Assembly: GCA_038087875.1 (NCBI GenBank)
Contig: CM075990.1
Span: forward strand, 2,854,001 to 2,918,000
Source of the DNA: Malacoraja senta
Taxonomy: Eukaryota
DNA length: 64,000 nucleotides
Reading direction: 5' to 3'
Made by a program: the position numbers and the translations under genes. The stretch's first letter is position 1; each line of letters starts with the position of its first letter. Shown one piece after another: positions 1 to 12,764 of the stretch. The notes below the pieces were generated by a model. That model made no database searches, was not told the origin of the DNA, and worked only from the letters and a program-made list of their open reading frames with translations.

Positions 1-120
1 TTCTGTACAATTGAATTTGAATTTAACGAATTGGTGTACATCTGTTGGTTGAGTTCCATGGGGGGGGTGTAAGTGGAGATCAGGCCATGATAAACATGTA
101 ACATGAGATGATATTACCAG

Positions 121-420
121 GGCAGCATGGTGGCACAACTGTAGAGTTGCTGTTTTATAGACTTGTGTTCAATGCTGACTACAGGAGCAGTCTGTGCGGA
201 GTTTGCACGTTCACTCTGTGACCTTGTGGGTTTTCTCCGGGTGCATCGGTTTCCTCCCACATTCCAAAGATGTGTGGGTTTGTAGGTTATTTGGCTTTGA
301 CGAAAATTGTCCCTGGTGTGTAGGGTAGCGTTAGTGCACAGGGTAATCGCTGGTCGGTGCAGACTCGGTGGGGGGAAGGGCCTTCTCCACTGTATCTCAA
401 AACTAAACTAAACTAAACTA
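121..420 (+). mobile_element. tRNA-derived V-SINE (HE1-like)
   Basis: tRNA-like head with degenerate A/B boxes, V-domain-like core gtgggttttctccgggtg..ggtttcctcccaca, CR1-like tail and (TAAAC)n end. Confidence 0.8.
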
Positions 421-432
421 TTATTATCTAGT

Positions 433-620
433 GTTAAAGAAGGAACTGCAGATGCTGGAAAATCGAAGGTACACAAAAATGCTAGAGAAACTCAGCGGGT
501 GCAGCAGCATCTATGGAGCGAAGGAAATAGGCAACGTTTCGGGCTGAAACGTTGCCTATTTCCTTCGCTCCATAGATGCTGCTGCACCCGCTGAGTTTCT
601 CCAGCATTTTTATGTACCTC
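433..620. mobile_element. Fold-back Penelope-like short element
   Basis: About 72-bp near-perfect inverted arms meeting at gtttc-gggct-gaaac; 15-bp TSD CTATTATTATCTAGT at 418-432 and 621-635. Confidence 0.75.
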
Positions 621-845
621 CTATTATTATCTAGTTATAGACTACATTTTTATATATATACTCAACTTTTCTTTGTTGTTCATTATGTTTTACAGGGTAC
701 AGTGTTTACATATCTGTGTGCTGCTGTGAAATGTTTCAAGTGTATGGAATAGAACTATGGTTGACCGATAGTCGGTGTGGACTCGGTGGGCCGAAGGGCT
801 TGTTTCCACGCTGTATAGATACCATCACCACCTCATACAAACTAA

Positions 846-1039
846 AGGGCCTGTCCCACTTGGGCGTAAGTTACGCGTCATTTACACGTCACCATTTACG
901 CGTCACAATGCGCGCACGGTGCGTGGTGGCGTAGGCAGTGACGCGCGGTCGCGCGCGGCGCCCCAGGATTTGGGGATTCACGAAATCTTCGCGCGCCACC
1001 TGCGTGACGCGCAAATGACTCCCAAGTGGGACGGGCCCT
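846..1039. mobile_element. MITE, PIF/Harbinger-like (194 bp)
   Basis: TIR AGGGCC(T/C)GTCCCACTTGGG at both ends (18/19 match); TAA TSD at 843-845 and 1040-1042; CpG-rich non-coding interior. Confidence 0.85.
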
Positions 1040-1937
1040 TAAGAATCCTACCTTCGTTTCCAAGTCATTCCCAGCCTCTAACCACTTCACCCAGTCAAAC
1101 AAACGTTACCGCCCAATTACACATTTGTCATAATCAAAAAGTGGAGACAGGAGGAAAACACACAAGGTTCCGTTTGATATTTTCCCACTCGTTTTCAATG
1201 GCCATGTGATACATCCCAAATATCTTGAGACTGAATAACCTTGGAGCAACGAGGCTTACCTCGCAGAGAAATCAGCTTCCTAATAAATCTTATCAAACGG
1301 TATTCACTTTCATATAAAGATGCAAAGGGGATTCAAAGAACAGGTCTATTCAAATGTTCATGCTGTTAACTAAATAAGAACTCAATATCATAACATTCAT
1401 TCTTTAGTTTATTTCAGGGATACAGCACGGAAACAGGCCCTTCGGCCCACCGACCAGCGATCCCCGCACACTAACACTACCATACACACTCACGAGGGAC
1501 AATTTTACATTTACACCAAGCCAATTAACCTGCAGACCTGCACATCTTTGGACTGATAATTAAACAGAAATTCTGCACAATATCTCACTTAATAAACAAG
1601 GGGCCTTTGTTTAAAGATATCACCTTACTAATAAACCACAGAAGATGAAGAATCTTCTTACTATCTATAACCACTAATGAAATAAATGTAAGCCGTGTGC
1701 GGCCGCTGTGAATTGTTCTTGGTAATGCCAAAAGGAAGAATCGCATCAATGCCGTGTCAGAGAGAGAAACACTGGCTTCAAAGGGTTGCTTCAAGAAAAC
1801 AAAACCTGCCAAAAGCTCCTTGTTCAGCTGCCACCTTTACACAGAGTCTTCACAACAGTGGATTTATGTTTATTTATGAACTGAAGGTGTAATTTATGTG
1901 TGTGAGAGTGAAGATCTGAGAGTGCAGAAAGGGAGTG

Positions 1938-2226
1938 TTTAGTTTAATTTAGAGGTACAGTGCGGAAACAGGCCTTTCAGCCCTCCGAGTCCGTGCCGAC
2001 CAGCGATCTCCACACACTAAGACTATTCTACATACACGAGGGACAATTTACCATTTTTACAAGCCTGTGCGTGTTTGGAGTGTGGGAGGAAACCGGAGAG
2101 CCTGGAGAAAACCCACGCAGGTCACGGGGAGAATGAATAAACTCCGTACAGACAGCACCCGTAGTCAGGATCGAACCCGGGTCTCTGGTGCTGTGAGGCA
2201 GCAACTCTACCGTTGCGCCACCCTGC
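1938..2226 (-). mobile_element. V-SINE (HE1-like), near full length
   Basis: Reverse complement carries ggtggcgcaacggtagag (A box), gggttcgatcc (B box), V-domain and tail. Confidence 0.85.
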
Positions 2227-2559
2227 CGCCCCACAGTGCTGCTCAACTATTTTACCATAGAAGGTAAGGTGTTACCCATCCAGCTCTTGAATTTAATCAT
2301 AGGCACACATTATACTAAAGCATATACTCACTCATACGTCCCACAGGTAGGATCAGACATGCATGCACTCACACATCGCTCCACTCACATAACACACATA
2401 CACTGCATCACATATGTATTAAGGCAGAGCACACTACACGTGTTCACACTCACACTCACACTACAAACAAAGTACACCACAAGCACACACTCACACACTG
2501 CACCAGACACATAGACACACTAACCACACCATCACTTTCACACACTGTACCCTTGCATT

Positions 2560-4112
2560 CACACATCACTCACACACACACACACACTCGCACACTCACG
2601 CACACACTCACACACACACACTCGCTCACTCACACTCGCACACTCACGTACACACTCACACACACTCGCACACACACACACACACTCACTCACACGTACA
2701 CACTCACACACTCACACACTCACTCACACACTCACACACTCACACACTCACTCACTCACTCACTCACTCACACACTCACTCACACACTCACACACTCACA
2801 CACTCACTCACTCACTCACACACTCACTCACACACTCACACACTCACTCACTCACACACTCACTCACACACTCACTCACTCACACACACGTACACACTCA
2901 CACACTCACACACTCACACACTCACACACTCACACACTCACTCACTCACACACTCACACACTCACTCACACGTACACACTCACACACTCACACACTCACT
3001 CACTCACACTCACACACACGTACACACACACACACGTACACACACACACACTCACACACACACACTCACACACTCACTCACTCACACACACACACACCAG
3101 ATACCATGCGTGCCCACACACACACATGCATTCACACTGCACACCACACCTGCACCTCACTTCACTCACACACACTTACCACTAGTTCCACACCCACCAA
3201 TGCACGCTCACTCACACACACGTACACACACACCAGATACACAAATGCACTCACAGTACACACCATACCTGCACCACATCCCACACACGTACCACTCATT
3301 CCACACACAGAGCACAAACACACACTCACACACACTCACAATCACACTCGCACTCACACTCACACACGCTCACTCCTACACACTCATGATCACTCTCTCA
3401 CTCGCACGCACACAAACACACTCACTCACACTCACGATCACACTCGCACTCACATTCGCATACACACACGCTCGCACACACTCGCGATCCCACTCATAAT
3501 AACACTTACACTCACACACACACACACACACACTCACACACACACTCACACTCACACACACACGTGCACACATACACACTCACTGACACACACTCGCACT
3601 CACACTTGCACACACAGACACACTCACTCACCTGTGCACACACAGACACACTCACACACATATGTGCACACACAAACACACTCACGATCACACTCGCACA
3701 CACATGCGTGCGCACACGCACACACACAAACACACACTCACGCACACACACTCACGATCACACTCACACTCACACTCTCACACGCGCGCTTGTGCACGCA
3801 CATGCACACGCAAACACACACTCGCAGACACTCACAATCACACAAACACACACTCGTACACACTCACAATCACACAAAAAAACACACTCACTCACTCACA
3901 CACTGACGATCACACACGCACTCACGCGCGCACACACACACACACACACACGCACTCGCACATACGTACACACACACACTCTAACAGCACCACACTCACT
4001 CTGACACACACACACACACACACACACACACGCGCACTCGCACATACGTACACACACACACTCTAACAGCACCACACTCACTCTGACACACACACACACA
4101 CACACACACACA
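2560..4112. repeat. Compound (CA)n/(CACT)n microsatellite, about 1.5 kb
   Basis: Direct reading; includes an internal ~60-bp tandem duplication at about 3925-4110. Confidence 0.95.
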
Positions 4113-4237
4113 CCACAGACTACCCCCACATGCTCACCACACACATTCTCATTTTAATAGGACTTTTAAGTCGGGACTCGGTCAGATTACTGACGGTGTT
4201 TTATGCTCTATATGTCTCAGCCGCCAATATCCCCTTG

Positions 4238-4271
<34 letters not shown>

Positions 4272-5105
4272 AAGCATCACCGCTTGACACCCACCGCCAC
4301 CCTCTGCTTGATCGCCGGCAATTCCACAACTCCGCAGTTTAATTTCCCTTTGCTTGTAATTCGAAGCATTTTTTTTTAATTTTCTCCACGCAGTTTGCAA
4401 GTTCAGCGGCTCCATAATCATAATAGCACTCCTCTCCCCGAGTCGAGATCAGGTTTATATATAGCTCATTTGTTGTGTTGTATGAACGTGTCGGAATTGA
4501 TTGATTTTTGTATTTTTTTCTACTTATAATAATGTTTATTCAATAAAATTAAAATGGAGAGCTCTGCTGTGCGCGCTGAGACTATAATCTCCGAGTCTAT
4601 AAGGCTTGAGGCAACAGCAAAAATCATTTATTTTCCCTTCCCCTCTCTCAGAAACGGAGTGGAAACATATAACACATCGGCACTGCTTTCTACCGCTGAC
4701 CTGGGTGGCTTGCTACATCATCTTGACATGTAATTATCCTAACTCTTCTTAATCATTTTACCCAAGATTAATTGTGGAAGACAACAGTGACAAAAGTGTA
4801 GACCCGGCCTTTTGAGTGGAAAGCCCTCGTTCTGTTCAATACTTGCTTGGTTGAATCAATTAATAAACTTCACTGAAAGGGAAGCAAGATTTTTTTTTTT
4901 CCATGGGGAGGGAGTGGGGGGGGGGGGGAGCTAGTCATTGTCACGGTTGACTGGGTGTGGGGTGGGGGAAGGGGTGTGTGGCTGAATAGATTCTTCAGGG
5001 AATTCATTGTACAATCTGCATAAGAAAGCTGGGATTCTACTCGCTAGTTGACGGTCGGTCTGTTGAATGTGCTCGCAGACCCAGATATCAGTCAAAGCGC
5101 ACAGC

Positions 5106-5470
<365 letters not shown>

Positions 5471-5546
5471 GTGCACGTGTGTATATGTACATGTGTGTGG
5501 GTATATAGATAGATAGATAGATATATATATATATGTGTGTGTGTGA

Positions 5547-5815
5547 TAGACACAAAATGCTGGAGTGACTCAGCAGGACAGGCAGCATCTCTGGAGAGAA
5601 GGAATGAGTGATGTTTCGGGTCGAGACCCTTCTTCAGACTGCCAGGGGAGGGTTTAGATACAGAGATAAGGAAGTGTAAGGTGTGAGAAGGAGACACAAA
5701 GGGCGTGAAGGTCAAGGAAAATGTAGAATAGATCATTGTTAGCTGGTGGAAGGTAACAACGAAGCAAACAGAGATAAAATGTAATGATCGGGGAACTGGG
5801 AAGGGGGAGGGATGG
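5547..5815 (-). mobile_element. Longer Penelope-like terminal fragment
   Basis: Core element plus about 170 bp purine-rich (+ strand) extension; comparable extensions at about 24000-24190, 36570-36690, 37220-37350 and 61190-61320. Confidence 0.65.
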
Positions 5816-5999
5816 AGATGTTTGTGTGTGTAATTTAATAAGTTCTAGGAGAAGAATTAGGCCATTCGGCCCATCAAGTCTACTCTGCCAGTCAATCATA
5901 GCCGATCAATCTTTCCTTTTCAACCCCATTGTCTCTCCATAACCTCTGAAACCCTCACTAATCAAGAATCTGTCAATCTCTGCCTTAAAAATATCGGTA

Positions 6000-6024
6000 T
6001 GTGTGCACATTTGTGTGCATGTGA

Positions 6025-6055
<31 letters not shown>

Positions 6056-6214
6056 TGTGTATGTGTGTGTGCATGCGGGTGTCTGTGTGTGCACGCGTGT
6101 GTGTGCATGCATATGTCTGTGTATGTGTCTGTGTGTGTGTGTGTATGTGTGTGTGTTTGTGTCTGTGTGTGTGTGTGTGTGTCTGTGTGTGTGTCTGTGT
6201 GTGTGTGTGTGTTT

Positions 6215-6260
<46 letters not shown>

Positions 6261-6356
6261 ATGTATGCATGTGTGTGTCTGTGTGCGTGCATGCGGGTGT
6301 CTGTGTGTGCACGCGTGTGTGTGCATGCGTATGTCTGTGTGTGTGTGTGTGTGTGT
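6000..6356. repeat. Interrupted (TG)n microsatellite
   Basis: Direct reading. Confidence 0.95.
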
Positions 6357-6649
6357 ATATAGAAACTGAACCCGAAACGGCTTCACTTTTTTTTCCCTTC
6401 TCTAAGTTCAACTCATTTAGAAGTATATAAAATGATGCAAGGCTGATAAGGGAGACAGCCAGGATGCTAAAATATAATTTCGGAGGGTACAGCTTTAAGG
6501 TGAGAGAGACAAAGTTCAATGGAGATGTGCGGTGCAAATTTTGTACCCGCCTGTAACGCGCTGGCGGGGTGGTGGTTGAGACAGATACGATAGTGGCATT
6601 TAAGAGGCTTTGGGATAGGCACAGGGATAAGCAGGGAATGGAGGTATAT

Positions 6650-6880
6650 GGGCAGCCACGGTGGCACAGCAGTAGAGTTGCTGCCTTACAGCTTATGCAG
6701 CGCCAGAGACCCGTGTTCGATCCCAACTACGGGTGCAGTCTGTATGGAGTTTGTACGTTCTCCCCGTGATCTGCGTGGGTTTTCTCTGCAAACTTTGGTT
6801 TCCTCCCACACTCCAAAGACGTACAGGTTTGTAGGTTAATTGGCTTGTTTAATTGGCTTGATAAAATGTTAAATTGTCCA
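6650..6880 (+). mobile_element. V-SINE, 3'-truncated, inserted in a CR1 fragment
   Basis: Head and V-domain present; CR1-like sequence at about 6440-6650 resumes at about 6940-7050. Confidence 0.75.
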
Positions 6881-8019
6881 AGTTGGCGATATGCAGAGTA
6901 CTGCCCTGCCGACTACAAAATTCAGAAGGTTCAGAAGAAGGTATGGATTATGTGTCGGCAGATAAGAGTCTTAGCATCATGTTCGACACTGATATTGTGA
7001 AACGAAGGGTCTGATCTTGTGCTGTGTTGTTCTATTTTCTATGTTCTATGTTCTATGTTCAATGACCTATGTTCAATTATCTATGATCTATGATCTATGA
7101 TCTATATTCTGTTCTATGTTCTATGTTCTATGATCAATGCCCTTCACTGTGTTGAACCACCACTCTATTCTCTGAGTATGTTTATTTCCCAACCTACTCC
7201 ATCCATAATACAGCAAGCAAATTAATCTGCCTCTGAAGAAGGTCCCAACTGGAAACGTCACCCATCCATGTTTTCCAGAGATGCTGCATGACCTGCTAAA
7301 TTACTCCAGCACTTTGCGTCTTTTTTTTTGTAAACCAGCATCTGCAGTTCCTTGTCTCTAAACCAACCTGACTGTTGCAGCAATGGTGGATTGATAAAGA
7401 ATTGGAGAGACCTGTTTTTCCTCCTTTTGTCTCAATAACCTCTTTAGGGGCCTGAATTTTGCCCAGACACGATGGCCTGTGCTTTTGGACCCCACTCAAG
7501 ATATTCTCATTCTTCTTTGAGAGATTGGTAGATGGGATTAGGCAGGCTAAATGAAGATCATAGCTCATTCTAGCCTGACCTCCTCAAACATCACATGTTG
7601 GGCATTTTCCAGCAAAAGAAACAATGGTTCATAGAGTCATACAGCCTGGCCCTTTGGCCCAACTTGCCCATACCGGCCAACATGTCCCAACTACACTAGT
7701 CCCACCTGCCCATGTTTGGCCCACATCCCTCTAAACCTGTCATAGGGACATAGAGTCACTAAGCACAAAAACAGGCCGTTCGTCCCAACTCATCCCTATT
7801 AATCAATCTAAGCTGGACCCATTTACCCATGTTTGGCCCATATACCTTTAAACCTTTCCTCTCCATGTATCTGTCCAAGTGTATTTTAAAGGATGTTATA
7901 GTACCTGCCTCAACTACCACCTCTGGCCGCTCATTCTATATACCTACCACACACTGAGTGAAAAAGTCCAGGAGGATGGAGGGCAAGGAGCAGTGATAGG
8001 AATGCAAGAGGCAAAGAGG

Positions 8020-8330
8020 GGCAGCGGTGGAGCTGCTGCCTCACAGCACCAGAGAACCAGGTTCGATCCTGACCACGGGTGCTGTCCGTACGGCGTTTGT
8101 ACGTTCTCCCCGTGACCTGCGGTGGTTTACTCCGGGATCGTTGGCTTCCTCCCACACTCAAAAACACGTCGGTTAATTGGCTTGGTATAAATGTATATTG
8201 TCCATAGTGTGTGTAGGTTAGTGTAAGTGTGCGGGGATCGCTGGTCAGAGCAGACTGGTCGGGCCGAAGGGCCTGTTTCCGCGTTGTATCTCTAAACTAA
8301 ACTAAACTAAACTAAACTTAACTAAACTAA
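8020..8330 (+). mobile_element. V-SINE
   Basis: B box ggttcgatcc, V-domain, tail gggccgaagggcctgtttcc and (TAAAC)n. Confidence 0.85.
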
Positions 8331-9195
8331 AGGCACTGAACTTGAAAAGTAAGGGTGAGATTGTTGACAAGCCAGGAGGTATCTGTGATCACTATGCTAC
8401 CTGAGCTACCTTGCTATCTTAAGTATCTCGGCATATTATTAAAATGGTTTCAGTTTTGCAACTGCAATGAACCTGATAGAACGTATAAAGTTACACTATA
8501 ATTATGTTGCTGCACCTAGTGTTAAAAAACCTTTATGAACTCAGTCGTACTGTTGCTGAGGGGATCCAAAATGCCATTGCTTTCGAACACAAGCCTCTCC
8601 TCTTACGTAACAAGGATAAAGAATAAGAATTATTGTCTCACAAAGCATTGCTTCCAAATTATCCTATGCACATACGCTGCAATCAATAATCCAGTCATTA
8701 GAAAACCATCAACAAAACTGAGAAGATGACAGGAGAGATTGCATCAGTATTGTCAAAAGTACAAACGGTCTTTGCCAACAACAGTACATAGTCCAATTTA
8801 ACCCAATGTCCTCAAGATTTCACTACAGCCAAATGTTGGTGGCTCTCCGAATCGTTCCCGGTTATTCCAGTCAGGCTTCCAGTCTGACCTTTTGTCATAG
8901 GGTGGTGAATCTGTAGAATTCTTTGCCACAGAAGAATGGGGTTAGGAGGGAGAGATAAATCAGCCATGATTGAATGGCAGAGTAGACTTAATGGGCTGAA
9001 TGGCCTAATTCTGCTCCTATCACTTCACAATCCAAGCTATACCTGCTAATTCCACGAGACCTTGCCTCTCATGTCTTCACCCTCAATACTGATCTCCTCA
9101 GTGAGTTTAATTTACTTTACTTTAGAGATACAGCACAGGAACAGGCCCTTCGGTCCACTGAGTCCGCGTCAACCATTGATCACCCTATAGTCTAA

Positions 9196-9512
9196 TGGCC
9201 CTGTCCCACTGTACGAGCTCGTTCAAGAGCTCTCCCGAGTTTTAAAAAAAATCAAACTCATGGAAGCAAGTAGAATGTACGTAGCGGGTATGTCGGAGCT
9301 CGGGGACGTCTCTTAGTGGCTCGTAACGCTAACGGCAGGTACTCGGGAAACGCGGTGAGCTCGGGAAGACTCGTGAAGATTTTTCAACATGTTGAAAAAT
9401 GTCCACGAGAGCCCCGAGTACCTGCGAGCGGCTATTACCGTAAATCTCCGAGTTCGAATCAGGGCAAACTCGGGAGAACTCTTGAATGAACTCGTACCGT
9501 GGGACAGGGCCA
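9196..9512. mobile_element. MITE, PIF/Harbinger-like (317 bp), nested in a V-SINE
   Basis: About 47-bp imperfect TIRs starting TGGCCCTGTCCCAC; TAA TSD at 9193-9195 and 9513-9515; SINE sequence continues on both sides. Confidence 0.88.
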
Positions 9513-9667
9513 TAACACTATCCTACGCACTAGGGACAATTTACAACTTTTACTGAAATCAATGATAGGGAGTCACTAATTATGCTTTTCTTCCATTCAG
9601 AATCAATGTTTCTGTTGAACGTTTTGTGTCATTGAGTGGACCTCCTTTGGTAAGTTTTCTTGGAAGA

Positions 9668-9965
9668 TGCCGCAACGGTGGAGCCGCTGCCTCACAGCGC
9701 CACGGACCCGACTACGTTTGATCCTGACTACGGGTGCTGCCTGTGTGGAGTTTGCACGTTCTCCCCGTGACTGCGTGGGGTTCCTCCAGGTGTTCCGGTT
9801 TCCTCCTACACTCCAAAGACGTGCGGGTCTGCAGCTTAATTGGCTTCTGTGCATTGTCCCCAGTGTGTAGGATAGAACTATTGTGAACGGGTCATAATTG
9901 GTCGGCATGGACTTGATGGGCCGAAGGGCCTTTTCCATGCTGTATCTCTAAACTAAAGTCAACTA
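9668..9965 (+). mobile_element. V-SINE
   Basis: Same architecture as the other copies. Confidence 0.8.
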
Positions 9966-10608
9966 AATAGCCAGTGAGGGTAAATAATGCGATTTAACAT
10001 TTTACACATTGGGTTGTTGTCAATTAGCTCTATCTTTACACAATTGTCACTTTTGCAATAATCTAAAAATGACATGTAAAGTCCTGTGGCAGAGAGATCG
10101 CAGAACAAAATGTTTGTTCATTTACTTTGATATGAAATTAAGAAGATAATTTGCATTTTTTATATGAAATGATTCACACAACAAATTATACAATCTTCCA
10201 ATACCCAAAGGGTTAAAGCACTTAGAACATAGAACAGCTCAAGAGCAGGCTGTTCGGCCCACAATGTCTGTGCCAAACTTGAAGCCAAGACCACCTCTTA
10301 TCTCCCTGAGCATAATCCATGTCCCTCCATTCCCTACATGTCCAAATGCCTATCCAAACATATCTTAAACACCACTATAAGACCCTATCTTCAGTCAGAT
10401 TTTACTGGACTTGGTCTGGTACTAAACCCTTTATCCTGTATCTGTACACGGAGGACGGCTCGATTGTAATCGTGCACAGTCTTTCCAATGACGGGTTGGC
10501 ACGCAACAAAGAGTTTTTCACTGTACACATGACATTAAACTAAATTAAAATATAATGAAACTAAACCCATGAGAGCACAATCCAGGCACTCGCCATTCTG
10601 TGTAAAGA

Positions 10609-10846
10609 TGTTTAAGAAGGAACTGCAGATGCTGGAAAAGCGAAGGTAGACAAAAATGCTGGGGAAACTCAGCGGGTGAGGCAGCATCTATGGAGCGAAG
10701 GAAATAGGCAATGTTTCGGGTCGAGACCCTTCTTCAGACTTCTTCTTCAGAGTCCGAAGAAGGGTCTCGACCCGAAACGTTGCCTATTTCCTTCGCTCCA
10801 TAGATGCTGCGCTCCCCGCTGAGTTTCTCCAGCATTTTTGTCTACC
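10609..10846. mobile_element. Fold-back Penelope-like short element
   Basis: About 95-bp inverted arms, each with a hammerhead-like motif; TSD CTGTGTAAAGA at 10598-10608 and 10847-10857. Confidence 0.78.
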
Positions 10847-11046
10847 CTGTGTAAAGAAGTTGTCCACATCTCATTTAAACTTTGCCCCTCTCACCTTAAA
10901 ACTAGGCCATTCTTTCATCCTGGGAAAATGGTCTGGCTGTCCAACCTATTTATCTCTCATAATCTTACATATTTCTATCAGGAGATCATATGTCACTTAG
11001 ACAACACTCTTTATATTCTATAACTTAAATAGCAACCTTAATTTTA

Positions 11047-11405
11047 TAGTCATAAGAGTCATACAGCGTGGAAACAGGCCCTTCAGCCCAACTTGGCCAC
11101 ACCGGCCAACATATCCTATCTACTAGTCCCACCTGCCTGTGTTTGGCCCATATCCCTCCAAACCTGTCCTATCCATGTACCTGTCTAATTGTTTCATAAA
11201 TGTTGCAATAATCCCTGCCTCAACTATCTCCACTGGCAGCTCGTTCCATACACCCACCACCCTTTGTGTGAAAAAGTTTACCCCTCAGATTCCTATTAAA
11301 TCTCCCCCCCCCTTACCTTAAACCTTTGTCCTCTGGTTCATGATTCCCCTACTTTGGGCAAGAGACTCTGTGCGTCTACCCGATCTATTCCTCTCATGAT
11401 TTTAT
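11047..11405 (-). mobile_element. CR1-like LINE 3' fragment; tail matches the V-SINE tail
   Basis: Minus strand ends ttgggctgaagggcctgtttccacgctgtatgactc; similar fragments at about 7630-7960 and 62555-62800. Confidence 0.8.
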
Positions 11406-11756
11406 GCACAAATATGTAAAAATGTACACAAATATATGACACGTTATATGACTTAAACAGCACTCTTTGTCCCTGTTGAACCAAGGGTCACATCAACCAA
11501 GCATAATTGTCTCCTCACCAACACTGAACATTCAGTTCACTCCCTTAAAATGTATGAAGGAAATATTTCCATGTAATAAAAAGCATCACCATATTCCACC
11601 TTCTGCTTCCAAACAGAAAGCACTCTGCTTCCAAGATGGTGCTCAACCCAGGCTAGCCGCAGAAGCAGATCTACAATCACATATTACGATCGCTCCACAC
11701 TATTAAATCTCTCTTCCCACAGCGACATTTCTTACTTTACCCACAGTATGTAAGAA

Positions 11757-12025
11757 ATATGTTTACATTTTCTGTTGTGCTGCAGCAAGTAAGAATTTAA
11801 TTGTTCTAACTGGGACACATGACAATAAAACACTCTTGACTCGTGACTATCCCTGATCGGACTTTGCTGGCTCAACCTTGCACTGAATGTTATTTGCCTA
11901 ACATGTATCTACACACTGTAAATGGCTCGATTGTAATCATGTATTGTCTTTCCGCTGACTGGTTAGCACGCAGCAAATGCTTTTCACTGTACCTCGGTAC
12001 ACGTGACAATAAACCAAACTTAAAC
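11757..12025 (+). mobile_element. Two tandem unclassified LINE-like 3' ends
   Basis: Tail A gctgc..caagtaagaattt.attgtt..gacaataaaacactcttgac also occurs at about 22010-22120, 25288-25370 (-) and 32620-32725. Tail B ..ttttcactgtacctcggtacacgtgacaataaa also occurs at about 10400-10545, 37370-37455 (-) and 63470-63630. Both end in AATAAA plus a short repeat. Confidence 0.6.
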
Positions 12026-12170
12026 AGTACTAAACAGTCTGAAGGACGGTCTCAACCCGAAACATCACCCTTTCCTTCTCTCCACAGATGCTGCCCATCC
12101 CGCTGAGTTACTCCAGCATTTTGTGTCCATCTGAACGAAACCATCCACAGATAACAACCACAAGATGGGT

Positions 12171-12297
12171 CTGAAGAAGGGTCTCAACCCGAAACGTCAC
12201 CCATTCCTTCTCTCCGGAGATGCTGCCCGTCCCGCTGAGTTACTCCAGCATTTTGTGTCTATCTTCGATTTAAACCAGCATCTGCAGTTCTTTCCTA
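12171..12297 (+). mobile_element. Penelope-like short element starting at the hammerhead-like core
   Basis: CTGAAGA-A-GGGT-CTCA-ACCC-GAAA-CGTC at the 5' end; flanked by direct repeat CACAAGATGGGT. Confidence 0.78.
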
Positions 12298-12590
12298 CAC
12301 AAGATGGGTTGTGTCAGGCCCACTAGTAGAAGAACATATAGAGGCATGGGGACATTGGTACCATTACTGAAGTCATTACTCAACGTAAACCATGCGGGCC
12401 TAATGACCAACACCTCGCCAAGGATCACGTTACACCAACCTGATCGCAGCACCGAATTCCACAATAAACATTAAAACCCCATCTGCAGACAAGCCCAAGC
12501 CAACAGCCTAGACCGCGTGTAAACTAGAAGATGATTAGAGAGCAGATGGGTAGCACACAGCATGCCGTGCCAGAAACACTAGCTGCCCTA

Positions 12591-12764
<174 letters not shown>

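Noticed and set aside
775..1209. 144-aa ORF
   Set aside because: It runs through a SINE tail and a GC-rich MITE; no recognisable domain.
1938..2226. tRNA-like A/B boxes suggesting tRNA genes
   Set aside because: They are SINE heads followed by a V-domain and LINE-like tail; no complete cloverleaf.
2553..4066. Long His/Thr-rich, Cys/Val-rich, ER/LS and IY ORFs here and elsewhere
   Set aside because: They are translations of (CA)n, (TG)n, (GA)n and (TA)n microsatellites, not genes.
7020..7132. (TTCTATG)n-like tandem array resembling a spacer/repeat array
   Set aside because: It is a simple degenerate heptamer tail of a CR1 fragment with no unique spacers; not CRISPR-like.
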